Positions 14,081-28,614 of a stretch of 64,000 nucleotides of DNA are shown here, piece by piece. A program made the translations under genes and the position numbers. This DNA comes from Diadema antillarum. Its lineage: Eukaryota. The notes under the pieces were generated by a model that worked only from the letters and a program-made list of their open reading frames with translations, searched no databases and had not been told where the DNA came from. Each line of letters opens with the position of its first letter. Within the stretch, counting starts at the first letter, position 1. The DNA is taken from contig NW_027271225.1 in NCBI RefSeq assembly GCF_040938485.1, forward strand, positions 124,001-188,000. Reading direction: 5' to 3'.

Positions 14081-14226
14081 GGGCCCGTTTCATAAAACTT
14101 GTCATCAGTGACAAGTTGTCATAGATGTGACAAGCTACTGAAATCCTCGCATCTGATTGGCTGGGTGAAAATTTGTCATAGAAATGTGGCAGTTGTCACT
14201 GATAACAAGTTTTATGAAACGGGCCC
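14081..14226. mobile_element. PIF/Harbinger-like MITE (TSD CAG, TIR GGGCCCGTTTCATAAAACTTGT)
   Basis: cag|GGGCCCGTTTCATAAAACTTGT...ACAAGTTTTATGAAACGGGCCC|cag; diverged relative at ~19564-19720. Confidence 0.75.
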
Positions 14227-14447
14227 CAGAAATGATGTTCATGTGCATTTTAGTTCTGTGAATTTTGTGAGAGCCAAGATTTGCAAAAATAAACTGCACG
14301 CGAACATTCTGATATGCATTGAATACAAGTGCCAATTTGCGAAAATTTCATGCCATGAAAAAGGACTTTGGCCACAATTCACGAAAGGTTCATGCTGCGA
14401 AAATATCTTGCTTTAAAGTACTGTGCGTCTCCTATTCTCTCTTGCTG

Positions 14448-14493
14448 CCCCACACCACCCCACCCCACCCCACCCCACCCCACACCACCCCCT
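14448..14493. repeat. (CCCCA)n repeat, G-quadruplex-capable on the minus strand
   Basis: Repeated CCCCA units, giving (TGGGG)n on the minus strand. Confidence 0.8.
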
Positions 14494-14964
14494 CCTCATT
14501 CCTCCTCATGTACCCCATGATGAATCGTGAAAGCTGTTTATTTTGTTAGCATCTGGCTGGAAGCGTATGACTGGGACATTAGCCTGCTATCATCTGGGAC
14601 TATAGCCTGCTATCACCCCGAGAGTTATCTGACAATCAATGGATCAAACAAAATACAGAGAGCAAAATGACTGATGAGCAACACTACATCTAAGCAATGA
14701 AATAAACAAATGGAGGAGTAAAATTTGAGATCGTACACTCAGAGATGACGGAATCAAATCATGAAATTTCACTATCTCTTCATGGAGACACTTTCTCACT
14801 GTCCACTTACAGGACTCAGCAAACTTTTTACTGCAGTAAACATTTCATCATTCCATTAAAAACAAAAAATCGTTGTTCCTAAGTCCTAACAATGTTGGAG
14901 TTGACATAATCACAATTTTAGTCCTCATTGCAATTGTATACATAACTGACAAATGTTCAGAATG

Positions 14965-15171
14965 CTGTAAAACATGATATATTCACGGCATGAATTTTTC
15001 GCGAATTGGAGCCGACGGCCATTTTTGCGGCATGAAACTTTCGCGAACTGCCACTGGCATTCAATGCATAGAGTGTAGACAAGAACTTTCGCGTGCATTT
15101 TAATTTCGCGAATCTTGGCGCTCACGAAATTCGCGAAATTAAAATGCACGCGAAAATTCCTCGTTTTCCAG
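14965..15171. mobile_element. Tc1/mariner-type MITE (CTGTAAAAC family)
   Basis: CTGTAAAACATGA...TCGTTTTCCAG|ta. Relatives at 42396-42580, ~13790-13950, ~14230-14420, ~21900-22020 and ~37735-37885. Confidence 0.6.
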
Positions 15172-16299
15172 TATACAAAAAGCACAAATTCAAGTTTAAT
15201 AATCTTCATAGTATTTGTCACAGAATTCTCTAAATCCTTCCACAATCTTTATATGTGAGCCTTCTCTGCAGGAGTACTTGCTTCTCCATCAAACTTCTAT
15301 TTATTTGCACCATCAATCTGGGAATCTTTCTCATCGACAGATTCTAGGCAACAACAAAAAAATGCTAATTTCTTGGGACACAAAAGGATGCTTTCTGCAA
15401 TTATTACACAGAAGGAAGAAATTTGAGTTGTCTATCCCTGTCCAACCTCACACTGGAGATGATTAATTCAGCACATGTTTGAGGCTCTTTTTGAGAATAA
15501 ATACAGTTCATAATGCACAAGACAAAATAATAATGAAAAAAGCTGTCTCTCACTCTTCATCATATCAACAACAAGCAAACTTTTTTTTGCAGTCTAATGT
15601 ACCTTACGTTACATCGGAGGCCTTCAACACTGGATCTGAATACAAAACGATGCATGTATTTTAAAGTTTGGGGTGCCTGTGACATCTGCTTGGGGGACTT
15701 TGCTGCCACTGACAGTCAAAGATGAAAGATAGCCCCCATTTTACATTAATGCTTCCTTAGGAATGTGCATTTCATAAAAGATGGTCAATCAATCAACTGC
15801 AAGTTGACAGTATCATGTGAACTATGGTTGTTGTTGTTTTCGTTCTTTTTTTGAGGGGGGGGGGGGGTCTTTTAGGCCTGGAAGTTGTTCCTTGCAGCCT
15901 CCTTTCAAGCCCCTATTAGTCAGAGCTGATTTATGAAGAAAATTCTCACTTTTTTCAGTAAAATAATTCATCATTTCCTCTCCCACTCAAACTCTATCTT
16001 ATTGTGAAAGCAAAACTGAAAGTGCATGATGACTTCATGTTCGTGGTGATTTTGACAAATGGACTAAAATCAAATGAACAAAATAGTAAAAGTTTCAATA
16101 AAATCAGTCATGAAGTTAAAAAAGACTATTGTATTTGTAATGATCATAAATTTTCATGGACCTGTAGCATTTGTCCTCACCATATATAATGAAAAGCACA
16201 TAAAGAGATGATATCTCTGACTCCATGTCTCCCATCAGTCCACACACAAATGCAAGTAAATTTGGGGACTTTTCCTACTACACCGTATGTGTTTGAATA

Positions 16300-16539
16300 C
16301 TGTATACGCCAAATATTTCGTGAGGTTTTTATTTTTGCAAATTTCGCGAGTCAGCTGCTATTTGCGACATTAAAAACTTGCGAAAATATTGACTCTAAAT
16401 GCCGATATGAATGTGACGTACGCATACATTTCTCCGTTCAGTACAGGACTCCACAATCGCGAATCTAACCACTCACAAAAATTGTCGGGAAGTCCCGATT
16501 CGCAAAAATTTAGACTCGCGAAATATATGCCGTATACAG
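16300..16539. mobile_element. Tc1/mariner-type MITE
   Basis: ta|CTGTATACGCCAAATATTTCG...CGAAATATATGCCGTATACAG|ta. Confidence 0.7.
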
Positions 16540-16703
16540 TATAAGAGACCTTGCCTCACAATACAGATGTATACTAGCCACAAATTTCAATATACAATCT
16601 TAAAAAGTGAGATATTCTACTCTCGAATCAAGTATACCACATACAAGAATTCTATGATCCTAACTAACTGAAATATTGAAAGTGAAAGTAGTCAAACCAC
16701 TCA

Positions 16704-17108
16704 GGGTGCATTTATCAACTCTTTTTCTCGGCAGAAACAGGTTTTCCAAACGGCTTTCAGGGAATTTTTACGAGATGATAAATGCAAAGCTGTTTTGATT
16801 ATGGGGTTTGGAAAGCCTTTTTGAAAACCGCAAATTTGTGCTTTCCGAAACAGCTTTCCAGAAACCTGTTTCTAGAAGCCCTTTGAAGTGAGTAAAATGC
16901 ACAGCTGTTTTGAAATGGCTTGTACTGCAGTTATGAACCATGCCTTCTCCTCGGGTCAAAATGCACAATGCAACTGCGCAGTGACAAGGCCAGTTTTCGT
17001 GTTCGCGATGAGCTGATAAACGCAACTATTTTGGAAGCCATTTCTAAAGGGCTTTGGAAATGGCTTTTGAAAGCCATTTCAAACAGGGGAAAGGTGATAA
17101 ACGCAGCC
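16704..17108. mobile_element. PIF/Harbinger-like MITE
   Basis: GGGTGCATTTATCA...TGATAAACGCAGCC ends; flanks tca and tta (3-bp TSD, one mismatch); internal GAAAC/GTTTC repeats. Confidence 0.55.
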
Positions 17109-19205
17109 TTAGATGGTTACTTTAGAGAAAAATGTTAATTGTGGGGCAGCTTTTATCACTCGATAGGTCCCAACAGATTTCTAACTGGTCTCATAAGTTA
17201 GCTCAGCCCTGCATAAAGTAAACCTTTGATACAATTACGAGATACTGTACGTGCAGCAGTTGTACTGAAGAGCTTTTCTCAGCTATCCCTATCACAAAGT
17301 GAGAAAATATCCCAACTCACTCGTCTTCTTTGAGTTATGAGTCATTGTACAAACTTTGATGTACACAAAGTCATGTGCAGATTCTCTTTGTGAGAGAGCA
17401 TTGTCTTCTTTTTTCTCAGTATTTGATCATGTTGATTCTATATGTGATTTGTCTACAGGGTGGATTTTCTTTTTCCACCTGACCTTCAGTGTTGACAGCA
17501 GAGCTTTGAATATAGTGATCAATACAATGCCATCATTTATGTCTTTTCTTTACACCACCACTGCTGGAAATCCCTCCCCTCCCATTTCACCTTTGAGAAC
17601 TGCCAAGGGGCTTCTTTAAGGAACGTGTTCCAACATTAATTGCCAACCACCCTAAAACGTTGGGCTATATCTGGCTATATCAGGGAGTATTTAGCCTGTT
17701 GTCAAAGCATGTACGGTAACTGTATCACAACATAAAAAGACAATCTTTTCAAAAACAAAATCAGGCAAAAACCTTATCAAATCACTGTCAGCTAATATAA
17801 AAATGTGAACAAAAGAGCTTTTTTAAGCACAAGTGTATCAGAAAATCTACTCATGCAATATAAGCATTTGTCCTTGATGTAATGTGAGTAGAGTTATGAT
17901 AAACCTCTATACACTTTCCACAAAATGAAACTAGTCACACCTTGTGGCACTCTCCCTGTACTCATCTTGGCTGTTATGAATTCAGTACAAACAAACCAAC
18001 AAATTAATGGAAGTTTCATTGAAATTGGACATGAAACAAGGAAGGAAGTTAAAGGACATTTCAGAATTTCAAATGTTTCAACAAAAAAGGGATATCAGTT
18101 TCAAAAACATTATCTATATGCAAATGAGATTAGATGATGATGTCATTTCAAGGATCCCATTAACCTGCACTCAAATCTTCACTTTATTTCCTTTTATTGA
18201 TAAGAAATCAAGAAGGGAGACTGGTATAATGTGCATCAAGGCATTGTTGTGTCATTATAACTATCAATGATGACTATTTCACTATGGAGAAAGAGGTAGT
18301 TAAATGAACATCTACCAATAACATGATTTTGATGACATCATTGTATATAAACCAATAGGAGGATAGTAAGGTGATGATGTCATCACTTACTGGATGATAT
18401 CATTATGCACAGCTAATGTGCAGGATGAGACAAGAACACTGTGTACATGCAGAGATATATTGAGGATACACACTTTGGTAAGGATCTTAATGACTATTTT
18501 CTTTTGTAATATATATAAATTGTCTCAATTACTACATGTAGCCAATGCAATTACATGTAGTCATCCCCTGTTGGTTGTCCTTGCCAAACCATTTTTTGTT
18601 TTTGTTTTAGTAGCTGTCCAAATCATAATATGTCAATTTCCTGGTCTACAGAGTCAGAAAGGTATGAGAATAAGTGCAACCAATCACTTTCAAGAAAAAA
18701 AAAACTTATCTTGGTTTACAAATACTTATATCTGATCACCAAAACTATGACAATGCTACAATAATAGAAAGAAGGTCAATGCTGATAACTGTACAGTTAG
18801 TTGTGTTGTTTGGATTTTTACAAGATATTAACCGTACAACAAGATATCTTTGCAGTTAATTCTCTCTGTACTCTGGATGGGTAACCCTTCGTGTACTTTG
18901 AGTTCCAATTGACACAGAAAACCTCATAGTGTTGTACACACTGTTCAAAGTCCCTAGCACACAAAGGATTAAGCAAGATTCCCAAGCTTTCTTTCACTCA
19001 CACACCTCGACTCCACCTCATAAATTCTTCACTGGTGTCATGAATATGCTACTATCCCACACACCACACACATTCTCTTTGAGGTGTGAGGGGATACACC
19101 AAATAACATCTCACTAGGGACTCACCAAACTCTATGCTAAAACTATCATGCATATAGATGGGCTTTAGCAGCCTGGTGAGTTACACCAGATCAGGTTTAG
19201 CTCAC

Positions 19206-19368
19206 CTTTCACCTGTACTTTGAGGAATTGCAGAATTGTATACAAGTGCTAAGAGCGTAGATGCATAGTAGTTGACAACCTAACCGCTTGAAGAATTTTG
19301 AAGTTTCTCTTTCATTTTATGATGGTTAGAGAGAAGACATCAAACCTACCACTACCAAAAGCTAGAGT
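19206..19368 (-). other. Candidate non-coding exon (163 nt)
   Basis: ttctgttttctcaag acceptor and AAG|GTGAGC donor, with stops in all three frames. Confidence 0.25.
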
Positions 19369-22300
19369 CTTGAGAAAACAGAATGAGAGAGGCCCAAATT
19401 CCAGAAGTGAAATAACTTACATTTTGTAGTATCATTGTATGTTTATACAAAATGCCCAGACCTGTGACACATTACCCTATATACCACACATTTTTAGTCA
19501 CCAAGAAAAAGGTGAACCGGTATAAGATCTAAGGTAAGTAAGTGAAGCTCTGCAGCATTTCTGGGGGCATTTCATGAAGCATTTTGTCTGGCAAATTTGT
19601 TTGATAGATATGTTCTCAACCAATCAGATGCAGGATTTCAATAGCTCATTGACAGTTTGTCACAAAAAAAAAAACAGAAAAAACAAACAAATCTGACAAA
19701 ACACCTCACAAAATGCCCCAAGAACAATATGACCAAGGAGGTGGAAAGAGACTTGCCACCACCCTAGTATGACCCGACTACCATTTACGTCGCATTCAGT
19801 CATCAACAATATAGTTTAGACAACTTCTCGTGAACTGCAACTTCTTTGCCTAAATCTATATGCATTCATACTAAACAGCAAGACTTGTAATCACATAAAA
19901 ACATAATACTTGTACCAGTACTTTTTACCCATGCAGTTACAATTTGAATATGCTAGTAGGCCTATACAATGAACCACATACATGTGCTAGTTACCGATAC
20001 CAACCCGGTACTGAAAGCTTTTTCCTGATACCAACTTTCCAAACATGATACACCTCATAAATTATATACAAATTGCAATTCCATGTAAACAGAAATATAG
20101 TAATGCCTTGTCATGAGGCTTCCATATGTGTACTTTAATGGGACACAATACATATGTTGTGTTATACAAATTGTAGCCTATGCATCATAGTGCATATGTA
20201 TAAATTTTATATCAAGTAGACACAGTCCTGTATCAAGACTATATAGCCAGTATAGTTGAGTAGAGAGAGAACAATAGAATAACTCTGTTTGTTTAAGGAA
20301 AAATCTACAATGTTGGGACTCCACCAGCTTGAACTAATTAAAACAAGCTGCACACAGTTCTTTCCTTACTCGGGAGAGCATAATTCTTGCTGAGGCAAAC
20401 TGTCGGTCAGGATAAAGAACCAAGTTTAATGGTAATCCACAATTGTACAATGGAATTATATACTGCTGGAGACAAAGAGATGAAATATCAAGATCTGATA
20501 TTCTGAAACCAGGGTTGATTATCACAAAGGTTTGCAATCAAAAGCAGGTTTGTTCAAAACATGGCAGGCCATTCAGATGGAATTAGTATCACTCTTGATA
20601 AAATCAATCATAACTCTTACCAGAGTACAGAGTCAAGATCAGATAATGATCTGCTTTGAAGTGATCCTAAGTGTTGACTTTAGAAGCATAATGGCGTGAG
20701 TTCATTTGATGTTTTCTGGCTTTCAATTCCATCAGACCTTAATGATTAGGTCCCTTTCACAATTTCTCTTCCATACATAATTTTTCTTTAAAATATTGCA
20801 TTAGCTATAAGGCAATAAAATATTTCATGCAAAATTCTGCAGCAACATGAAGTCATTCCCCTCATTTTTTTTTCCCTGCGTGAGACTGATGAAAGCAATT
20901 CAGAAGAGATTCAAAGAGGGGTATTAATATCTCCATGGGTCTTGGCTAACAAACTATGAAGAGAATAATGAGCCAAAAATAACTGGGGTCAGAAAGGTAC
21001 CTGGAAATTGTTGAGCATGAAAAGAGCATCATATCATATTAAAGGGGGTTATTCATCAGAAATTATAATTCTTCAGTTGAATTGATCTTGGTTCGCTGCC
21101 CAATGCCATATATTTGAAAACCATGATTATCACAGGCCTGCAAATCAGTGCAATAATAGAATTGCTAATGATGTGCGAACAAACTTCACACTAGATTTGG
21201 GCAGATGGAAACTGACGGTAAATTATTTATTGTTCCTGGCAAGCTTTGTACAGATACAAACTCCTGTGTCCTACTACAAGTGCGAATAAGCCTGCAAACA
21301 AATATGGCCGCGCATATATATAACATTCATGCCTATCGGCAGCGATCTTTAACATTAACCCCCCTTGATCAAAGAAAGAGAGTTTGAGTTCAAAAAATGA
21401 TACCTGTTTGGTACCGAAACAATACTATGTGAATATGAGAACACTATGTTTGAATTTCCTTTTAATGTGTCTTGTTTCTTCCCCTTAACCTCCTTATTGG
21501 CAAATGATACCTATCAGATTTCATATAGCTCCAAGTTCCTTGTTTGTACAAGAATACATCAAGTTGCTGTACTTCTGTCCGAGAGCCTCTCAATCATGGC
21601 AACACCTGACACCTTTAGCAGATGGTTACCGAGCAATGTCAAAGCATCCTCAAAAGATTAAGGTGTGTCCCATTACAGATCAAGTCACATGACTAGTAAA
21701 CTGAGCTGGTAGCAAAAGAGTATCAGCACCAAGTCAGGAGAATTGAAATTCACGGGCGTGTCCAAAACATCATTGGCAAGACTAGAGTCCCGCTGTTTTA
21801 TTTCCTTTGAAGCTCCTTGCATAATATCAGACCAGTTTGATAATCCTTTGTGTGAAGTAATTACATCATACTGTAAAACCAGAATCATTCCCAGCATGAA
21901 ACTTTTGTGAATTGGAGCAGACAGCCATGCTTTAAGTGGACAGTTAAACTTTCAGGTGTTTTTTTACTTCTGTAAATCTTGGCTCCTCAGGAAATTCATG
22001 AAAGTTTCATGCACATGAAAGGTCCTCCTGAGGTCCTCCTAGAAGGGGGGACTCTGAATAGCATATTGATATTAAAGTGATGTTGCCCTAGACTGGATCA
22101 GCAGCTTGGACACAGACCTATGACCTCCTCTCCATAACGCATTATACCACAGAAGAAGATTTTGTCACATGGCTGGTGGACTCTATACAGTCAGTACAGA
22201 CACCCACACAATTCAATGATATGACAGCTTTTACAACAACAAAAAAATACAACAGCATCCTCCGCAATGATAACTTTAAAAATAGTGAGTCAATCCAAAC

Positions 22301-23344
22301 ACAATTTCAGGGTGTGAAAGTATAACTCATTGCTCACATCTAACTGAAAACCCCATTCATTTTGCTTCAGTGGTCAAAGAGAAATGAGGAATTCTGTAGA
22401 GCGTGTCAGGAATCTCTTCCCTCCAAGTTCTGTCTATTGTGTTCACACATTATAATGTGTAGTTCCAAGAGCATCCAAGTGCTAAACTTAGAAGAATCAG
22501 ACTCATGACATGCTTTACAACAATCCACATTTCTCTGTGACTGCTTAACCAAATTGTATGAGATTTTCTGCAAAATACCGTAGAGCGAAGATGTTATATT
22601 TTCAAGACCCTGAAGAAGCATTTAGACAGTTCTACATTGTATTAAAGCAAAAATCCGATTGTAATTCTATGGAGGGATATATACTATATAAAGGAAATTT
22701 ACTTGACCAGCTCTTATAAAAAACTCAGGAGATTTAATGAAACAAAAAGACATCTCTCAAGCTAGAGCTCAAGTAGTTCATATCTTCCAGGTCTATGCAT
22801 GGAGCTACGTACATAGCTCCATGGTCTAAGCAAGCTTCTTGTCACAAAGCTTTGTGACTCCTTTGGAACTCTTCGACCTTTCACTTTGTTAACGTGAGCT
22901 GCACTAATAGCTCCTGGACAAGGTGGCTGTAATTGGATGAACAGGGAAGATTACAGGAGCCCCCTGTGATATCATGGGAGATTAATGACTTCCTTCAAGA
23001 GAGGTTAAGGTACTATTTTTGTTTCAGTACACCCCATCCCCAAGACGGGGTGTACTGGGATGCATTTATTTGCTATGGAAATCAAAGCCACATTCACACA
23101 CACCTGGAAGTTCAGTTTTTAAACATCAATTTTTGCAATGCAGTGCAACAACTGTTAATAGTGTGTGGGTGGATACACAAAAAAGTCAAGTCAACTCTCA
23201 CGATCCGCATCATGACATAAAAATCAGTCCCGCTTGATTTCTTCTGTTCCTCGTGCCACTTCCTACATTCATTGGCTGACAAGCAAAAAAAAAAGCTCCA
23301 GTGCAATTTTCTGCTGCCACTACAATCGGCTGACAAAGATGGTT

Positions 23345-23458
23345 TCTTCAGAAATTAAAGGGGGGCACCCGCGCCCCTTTTCATTTTTCCTTTTTATTTC
23401 TTTTGTTTGAAAAAAATAGGGGGACGTGCACCCGGGACGCCCCCCTCTGGATCCGCTT
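23345..23458. mobile_element. Truncated copy of the GCGGATCC short MITE family
   Basis: Ends in CTGGATCCGC and shares the TTTTATTTCTTTTGTTT...AAAAAATAGGGG core with the 61899-62043 copy. Confidence 0.55.
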
Positions 23459-23519
23459 ATGAAGCTGTCTAATTGAGAAAGGGCTCAAAGCAGAGCTGTG
23501 AGTAACCTCAGTATCTTAC

Positions 23520-23608
23520 CTTTCTGCCTTGAGTACAAAGAGATGTAAAAGTCTTGGGCCAAGGCCAGCTAGAGTGGATATGTCTGACGAGATTCTCGGC
23601 AGTCCCAA
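23520..23608 (-). other. Candidate internal exon (89 nt) of an unidentified leftward transcript
   Basis: tttattgtctttcag acceptor and AAG|GTAAGA donor; GC-richer than flanks. Two open frames (LGLPRISSDISTLAGLGPRLLHLFVLKAE or GTAENLVRHIHSSWPWPKTFTSLCTQGRK), neither recognised. Confidence 0.4.
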
Positions 23609-24856
23609 CTGAAAGACAATAAAGACGATATCAAATCTTTATGAATCAAAGAGTATAATGACAGGGTAGTCCACGAGGGGTTTCAGCATGTCGCTGCAAC
23701 CTGTTAAAATTCTTGTGCAACATCCTCAACTCTTGTGCAACATCCTCAAAAGCCAGCAACATGTTGTGCAACATCCTCAAGAATTTGCAACAAGCTCAAA
23801 ATAAAATGTATTCACACATGTGAAAAACTTGTGCAAAACATACGAAACATCAAACTACCTGGTACGTACTAGTAAATACTTGTGTGCAAAACATGAGAGA
23901 GAACAGTGAATGTAAGCAGCATAAAGGGAGATAAGCTGCGAAATGTTGCGTACCGTGTGCTTGTGATGTGTGCGGAAGCGCACATACAATTTCTACAATA
24001 TTCTCAGATTCTGAGCTTGCAACATGCTCATATTTCAAGTTGTGGACCACCCTGTATAGAGACCATCACATTTATGGGGCTTTAAACAGCAATGACCTTG
24101 TTTTCATTTCTAGAGTAATGATGCCTAATGGCACATCAAAAACATGTGATTCTGTGTCAAATCAAAGTTAAGATGTTACCCAGTTTATCTTGGATGAAGA
24201 AACTTACATAAACACATTATAATAAGTTTTCAAGAGAGGGGGATCCACTTTGGCATGTCACAAGATCTATAAATATAGCCATGTATATAAAACACTTTAA
24301 AAAGGTCACTGCCAGGAATTTAAATTAACCCTTTCATCCCTGATCCATTCAATACTTACCCTGTTGAAAACTGCTCATGACTACATTTATGCACATGGGG
24401 AGTAGTGTGTGACAATTTGTGTGTTACTTGCCCAGTTCATGTCATTCTTGCTTTACTCAACTCTGCTAAATCATACATAATTGACACATTAATGCCAATA
24501 TATAGATACATTAATATCAATTTGTCTATAAAAATCCAGGATGAAATTCATACTTCCTGCAATGTGAGTAGGGGCTGATATTACAAGGAACCTTTCGCCC
24601 TCCGAGTGTTTAACTCTCTGCATACTGAGGATGGACAGATTTTGCTACAACACGCATTTCCCATAGACACCTGCCGAGTATACTCGGGACTCGTCCTTAA
24701 CAGGTTATCGTGTGATTGTTGTGCACATTTGACTCGTTGGCATAGAAGGGGTTAAAAGGTTAACTAAAAAATGCCACCTAATATGGGTAGAAAAAATCCT
24801 ATGACATTTTTGACATTTTGAAGACAAATATATTTACTGCAAGTTCCAGTTTATTA

Positions 24857-25422
24857 AGGGCTTTTTACACTTGTAAATTTTTGCTTAGCCCCGGACCAAC
24901 GGTGGGGCTAAGGGGGGGCCTTAGCCCCACCGTTGGTACGGGACTATCCTTAGCCCACTTTCTGTTTACACTCGTTTTTGCCAAAGTGGGCTAGCCCCAC
25001 CGATAGTACGGTACTATCTGGCCCTGCAAAATAGCAGGGGTTAGCACCGCAATTGCGGTGCTAGCACCGCAATTGCGGTGCCAAGCAAGTGAGTGTAAAC
25101 AGAACGAAAAAATAATCCTGGGCTAAGCGACGGAGACGAAGTGCGACCCTCACTGACCAATCAGAAACGAGGTAATCAAGTGCTGCCGGTGCGTGCGTGT
25201 ACGTGTACAGTACACAGCGTAATTAGGAATATTCATGTGGTTTGGAAAGTCCGGGGCTAAGAAATACGAGTGTAAAAAGGTCAGTTTTCTCCTTAGCCCC
25301 GGACAAGAGATAGTATGGGACTAATTGGCGAGTGTAAAAAGCTTAAAAAATTGGTACGGGACTAACGATAGTCCTGGGTCAGAGAAAGTCCGGGGTTAAG
25401 AAACACAAGTGTAAAAAGCCCT
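24857..25422. mobile_element. PIF/Harbinger-like MITE (TSD TTA, TIR AGGGCTTTTTACACTTG)
   Basis: tta|AGGGCTTTTTACACTTG...CAAGTGTAAAAAGCCCT|tta; internal TTAGCCCC/GGGCTAA repeats; CpG-rich. Confidence 0.8.
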
Positions 25423-26161
25423 TTAGATGTTTAAAGTGAAATTCAAACGTGATTTTTTTAGGCCATTGTGCTGTTTTCAGATAAACATTGGTAGTTCTTT
25501 AGAGGGTTCCCTCAGATAGTTACAGCCCATAGGAATGATTACTAATTGATTTCAGATCAGAACATCAGAATATTTACTATAATTCCTTTTTCAAAGCCAT
25601 TTTCTTAAACTCTTCAAAGGAGACCTTTAGAATACAATTCATTCACATGATCCTATCACAAGAAGTCCCAGTTTATGCACTAAGTGTGTCTTTGCAGAGA
25701 ATGCATCAGATCTGGCACAAACTTTATTCTTATTTAGCCTTTTCTGTCTAGGCTCATTTATATATGCTCCAAAGCATATGCATGTACACACTGTACCAGG
25801 ACGTACTGTCCTGTAACAATGTCTTTGCACAGTTATAGCAGACAACAAACACATGGTGTATACTTCAAACTAGGTGCATATTTTGAAATATTCAACAAAT
25901 TTGCAAACACTTTGGAGTGGTACCAAAGAACAAAAAGTAACTTTAAAGTTAGAGAAAAGCAATGAAAATTTATAAAGTAATAAAATTCAGGGAGACAAAG
26001 AGGCAATATGCCATGTCATCATGTGATCGGAGAGAGGTACCCTGCTTCCGATGTCATAAACAGGCAATTGATAAATCACAAGCCACTTTCCCCCAACCTA
26101 GTTCTCTGAGAGCAGCATACATAATAATTATGGCATGTAGAACCAAGCCACCTAAACAAAT

Positions 26162-26412
26162 GAAGAGTTGGAGCACAAAATGAGCCAACTCAATCCTTGT
26201 CAAGTTGAGATATTTGCAATTAAATGTGCCAAAAAGGTGAAAATGATAAGAAAATATGGGATATTCTTAATCATAACTTCAAGAATACATCTTGTTATAT
26301 GTCACAAGTGAGGTATCACTGGAAAGTATTATTTTGTTCTGTCTGATGATGGACTTTGGTAGTTTAAAATGTTTGAAAATGGTATTTACCCAATTTTGAG
26401 ACCCAACTCTTC
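26162..26412. mobile_element. Sola-like MITE, diverged subfamily (TSD AAAT)
   Basis: aaat|GAAGAGTTGG...CCAACTCTTC|aaat; internal similarity to 2583-2829. Confidence 0.6.
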
Positions 26413-28406
26413 AAATGTAAAAAGAGACCATGAACTAGAAGTCCTAAACCATTATTGCAGCACTGGGAGGTGCCATCAAATTCATTTTTACGTAATTAAA
26501 GGAATCATTCTTACTATTGTGATAGAATAAGGGGGCACTGAGTAATACCATAGGCCATGAGAGATCCATGAAACTTTGAAGATAATTGGGATGGCTTGCA
26601 AAAACGTGAAAATGTATTAGACTGCCTGTTCACCAAATCTGACTTTCAGCACATTACATATAGTACTCACTGGCTATATCAAAAATTTGACATGAATACA
26701 AATACAATACAGGCAGAGTGTTACTAATCCCTTTCTTGGTATAAGACAAACACCAACTGAAGTAGACACTTTATTTCTAATATCAGCTTCTTGGTCATTC
26801 AAATATGTTGAATAACAGGGTAAGGCCAAGTCAAGAAACGTAGCCAAGACTGGAATCATGATGATTTTCTGTTTCGCACAGCATGGTGCTGTGTATGCAG
26901 CATGTTTCACCATGTTTGTATTCACAATTGCCTCCTTGCTGTATGTAAGCTTCCAATGTCAAAAATCACTAAGTTTTCTTCTGAAAAATATACAACATTT
27001 AGTTCAGGCTCTTCAATCATTTGCAAAGGAAACATTACAAAGTAAAATCTGTTTGACATAGAATCCAAATTGACAATAAAAAATGCAGTTTCGTGCACAG
27101 CCTGCATGGAAAAGAAAAAAACAAACAAAAGCAATGACAAAGATTATGTGCTGGTGGAATTTGAAACAGAAGGACATGTTTTTCATTTGCCGTGACCCTG
27201 AGCAGATTAAGGCTCCAGGAACATATCAGCTACATTAAAATGTGATTATTAAGCACATAGAAATGGAACAGTTGACAGTGAGACAAAGAGAGACAGTAAA
27301 AGAAATGTGAGGCCGAATTGGGGGGGGGGAGGTAATCACACTAGACATTATGGAGCTGGGCTGTGGGATGAGTCATCAGTCATGTTCATACTCAATTTGG
27401 GCCCTGTTCACATTCTAACTCTCATTTATAAGGGCAGAGCTGGAGTAACATATTGGAAACACATTTTACTCACACAGACCTTCATCCAGCCACACCTAGT
27501 TACCTAGTCTTTCTTCCAATCTCATCATCATTTCAGTCTAGACATCATCATGGTCAAATGAGATCTGTCACCAGCCTCACTAGATGCCCATATACAAGAC
27601 ATCCTTTGATTAAATTTCTCTCAAATATATAATAAAATGAGCGGACGGCATATTTCTCACTGCTGCACTTCATGATAACATGGTTTCTTTGTCACAAAAC
27701 GAACTTCTTATGTTTAGGGGGAAAAAATCCACATAGATAATCCACTTCCTAATATACATAGAGAAGCCCACTGACATACTACCTCTTATCAAAGACTATA
27801 GGCCCTTGTGGACCAGTTTAAATATTTTATGTGAAATGGGAGAGCGAACTCCAGAGTGAGAAGCAAGCACGCTTCAGTGGTCCAGACATCTCCAGCTGTT
27901 TTCTTTATTCATTGAATGTCTGAAACCACAAGCTATGCAATTTTTAACAAGGTGGCAACCCTGGGAGTCAGAAATGCCAATTTAAATTCAATGTGTAACA
28001 GAAGGTGACTTTATATTTTCATGACCTATTTCTCACACCATTTTAACCACTTTCAATGTTGGGCTTTGAGCAGTTAACACACCCTGTGACTGAAGCAAAA
28101 CAAATTTTGCCCTTTGCCAAACCGGTGGGGGAGAACAACAGTCATCCATGCATTTGTGAAGCACTTCCCAAGACAGGGGAGAAAAACATATATGAAAATA
28201 TTTCTTAAATGTATTTATTTGTAAAATTGTATTCAAATGGCTTATTTTCCTCACAGGTGATAAGTATTCTTATCAATTTCATTTCCATGATGAGGAAAGT
28301 ACTCTTGTGTGCAATGAATATATTGTCATTGTCCCATGCTGTAAGAACCATAAGGTATTTAAATTTAGGAAAATAATATTGTAATAATTTTCATGTTATT
28401 TCTTTT

Positions 28407-28614
28407 NNNNNNNNNNNNNNNNNNNNNNNNNNNNNNNNNNNNNNNNNNNNNNNNNNNNNNNNNNNNNNNNNNNNNNNNNNNNNNNNNNNNNNNNNNNNNN
28501 NNNNNNNNNNNNNNNNNNNNNNNNNNNNNNNNNNNNNNNNNNNNNNNNNNNNNNNNNNNNNNNNNNNNNNNNNNNNNNNNNNNNNNNNNNNNNNNNNNNN
28601 NNNNNNNNNNNNNN
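28407..28614. other. Assembly gap (N run)
   Basis: Ns in sequence. Confidence 1.

Noticed and set aside
15170-22620. Fragments that look like decayed coding sequence (15.2, 17.3-17.6, 20.3-20.7, 21.6-21.9 and 22.4-22.6 kb)
   Set aside because: Multiple stops and no RT, endonuclease or transposase motif that I can identify; would need tblastn/HMM searches.
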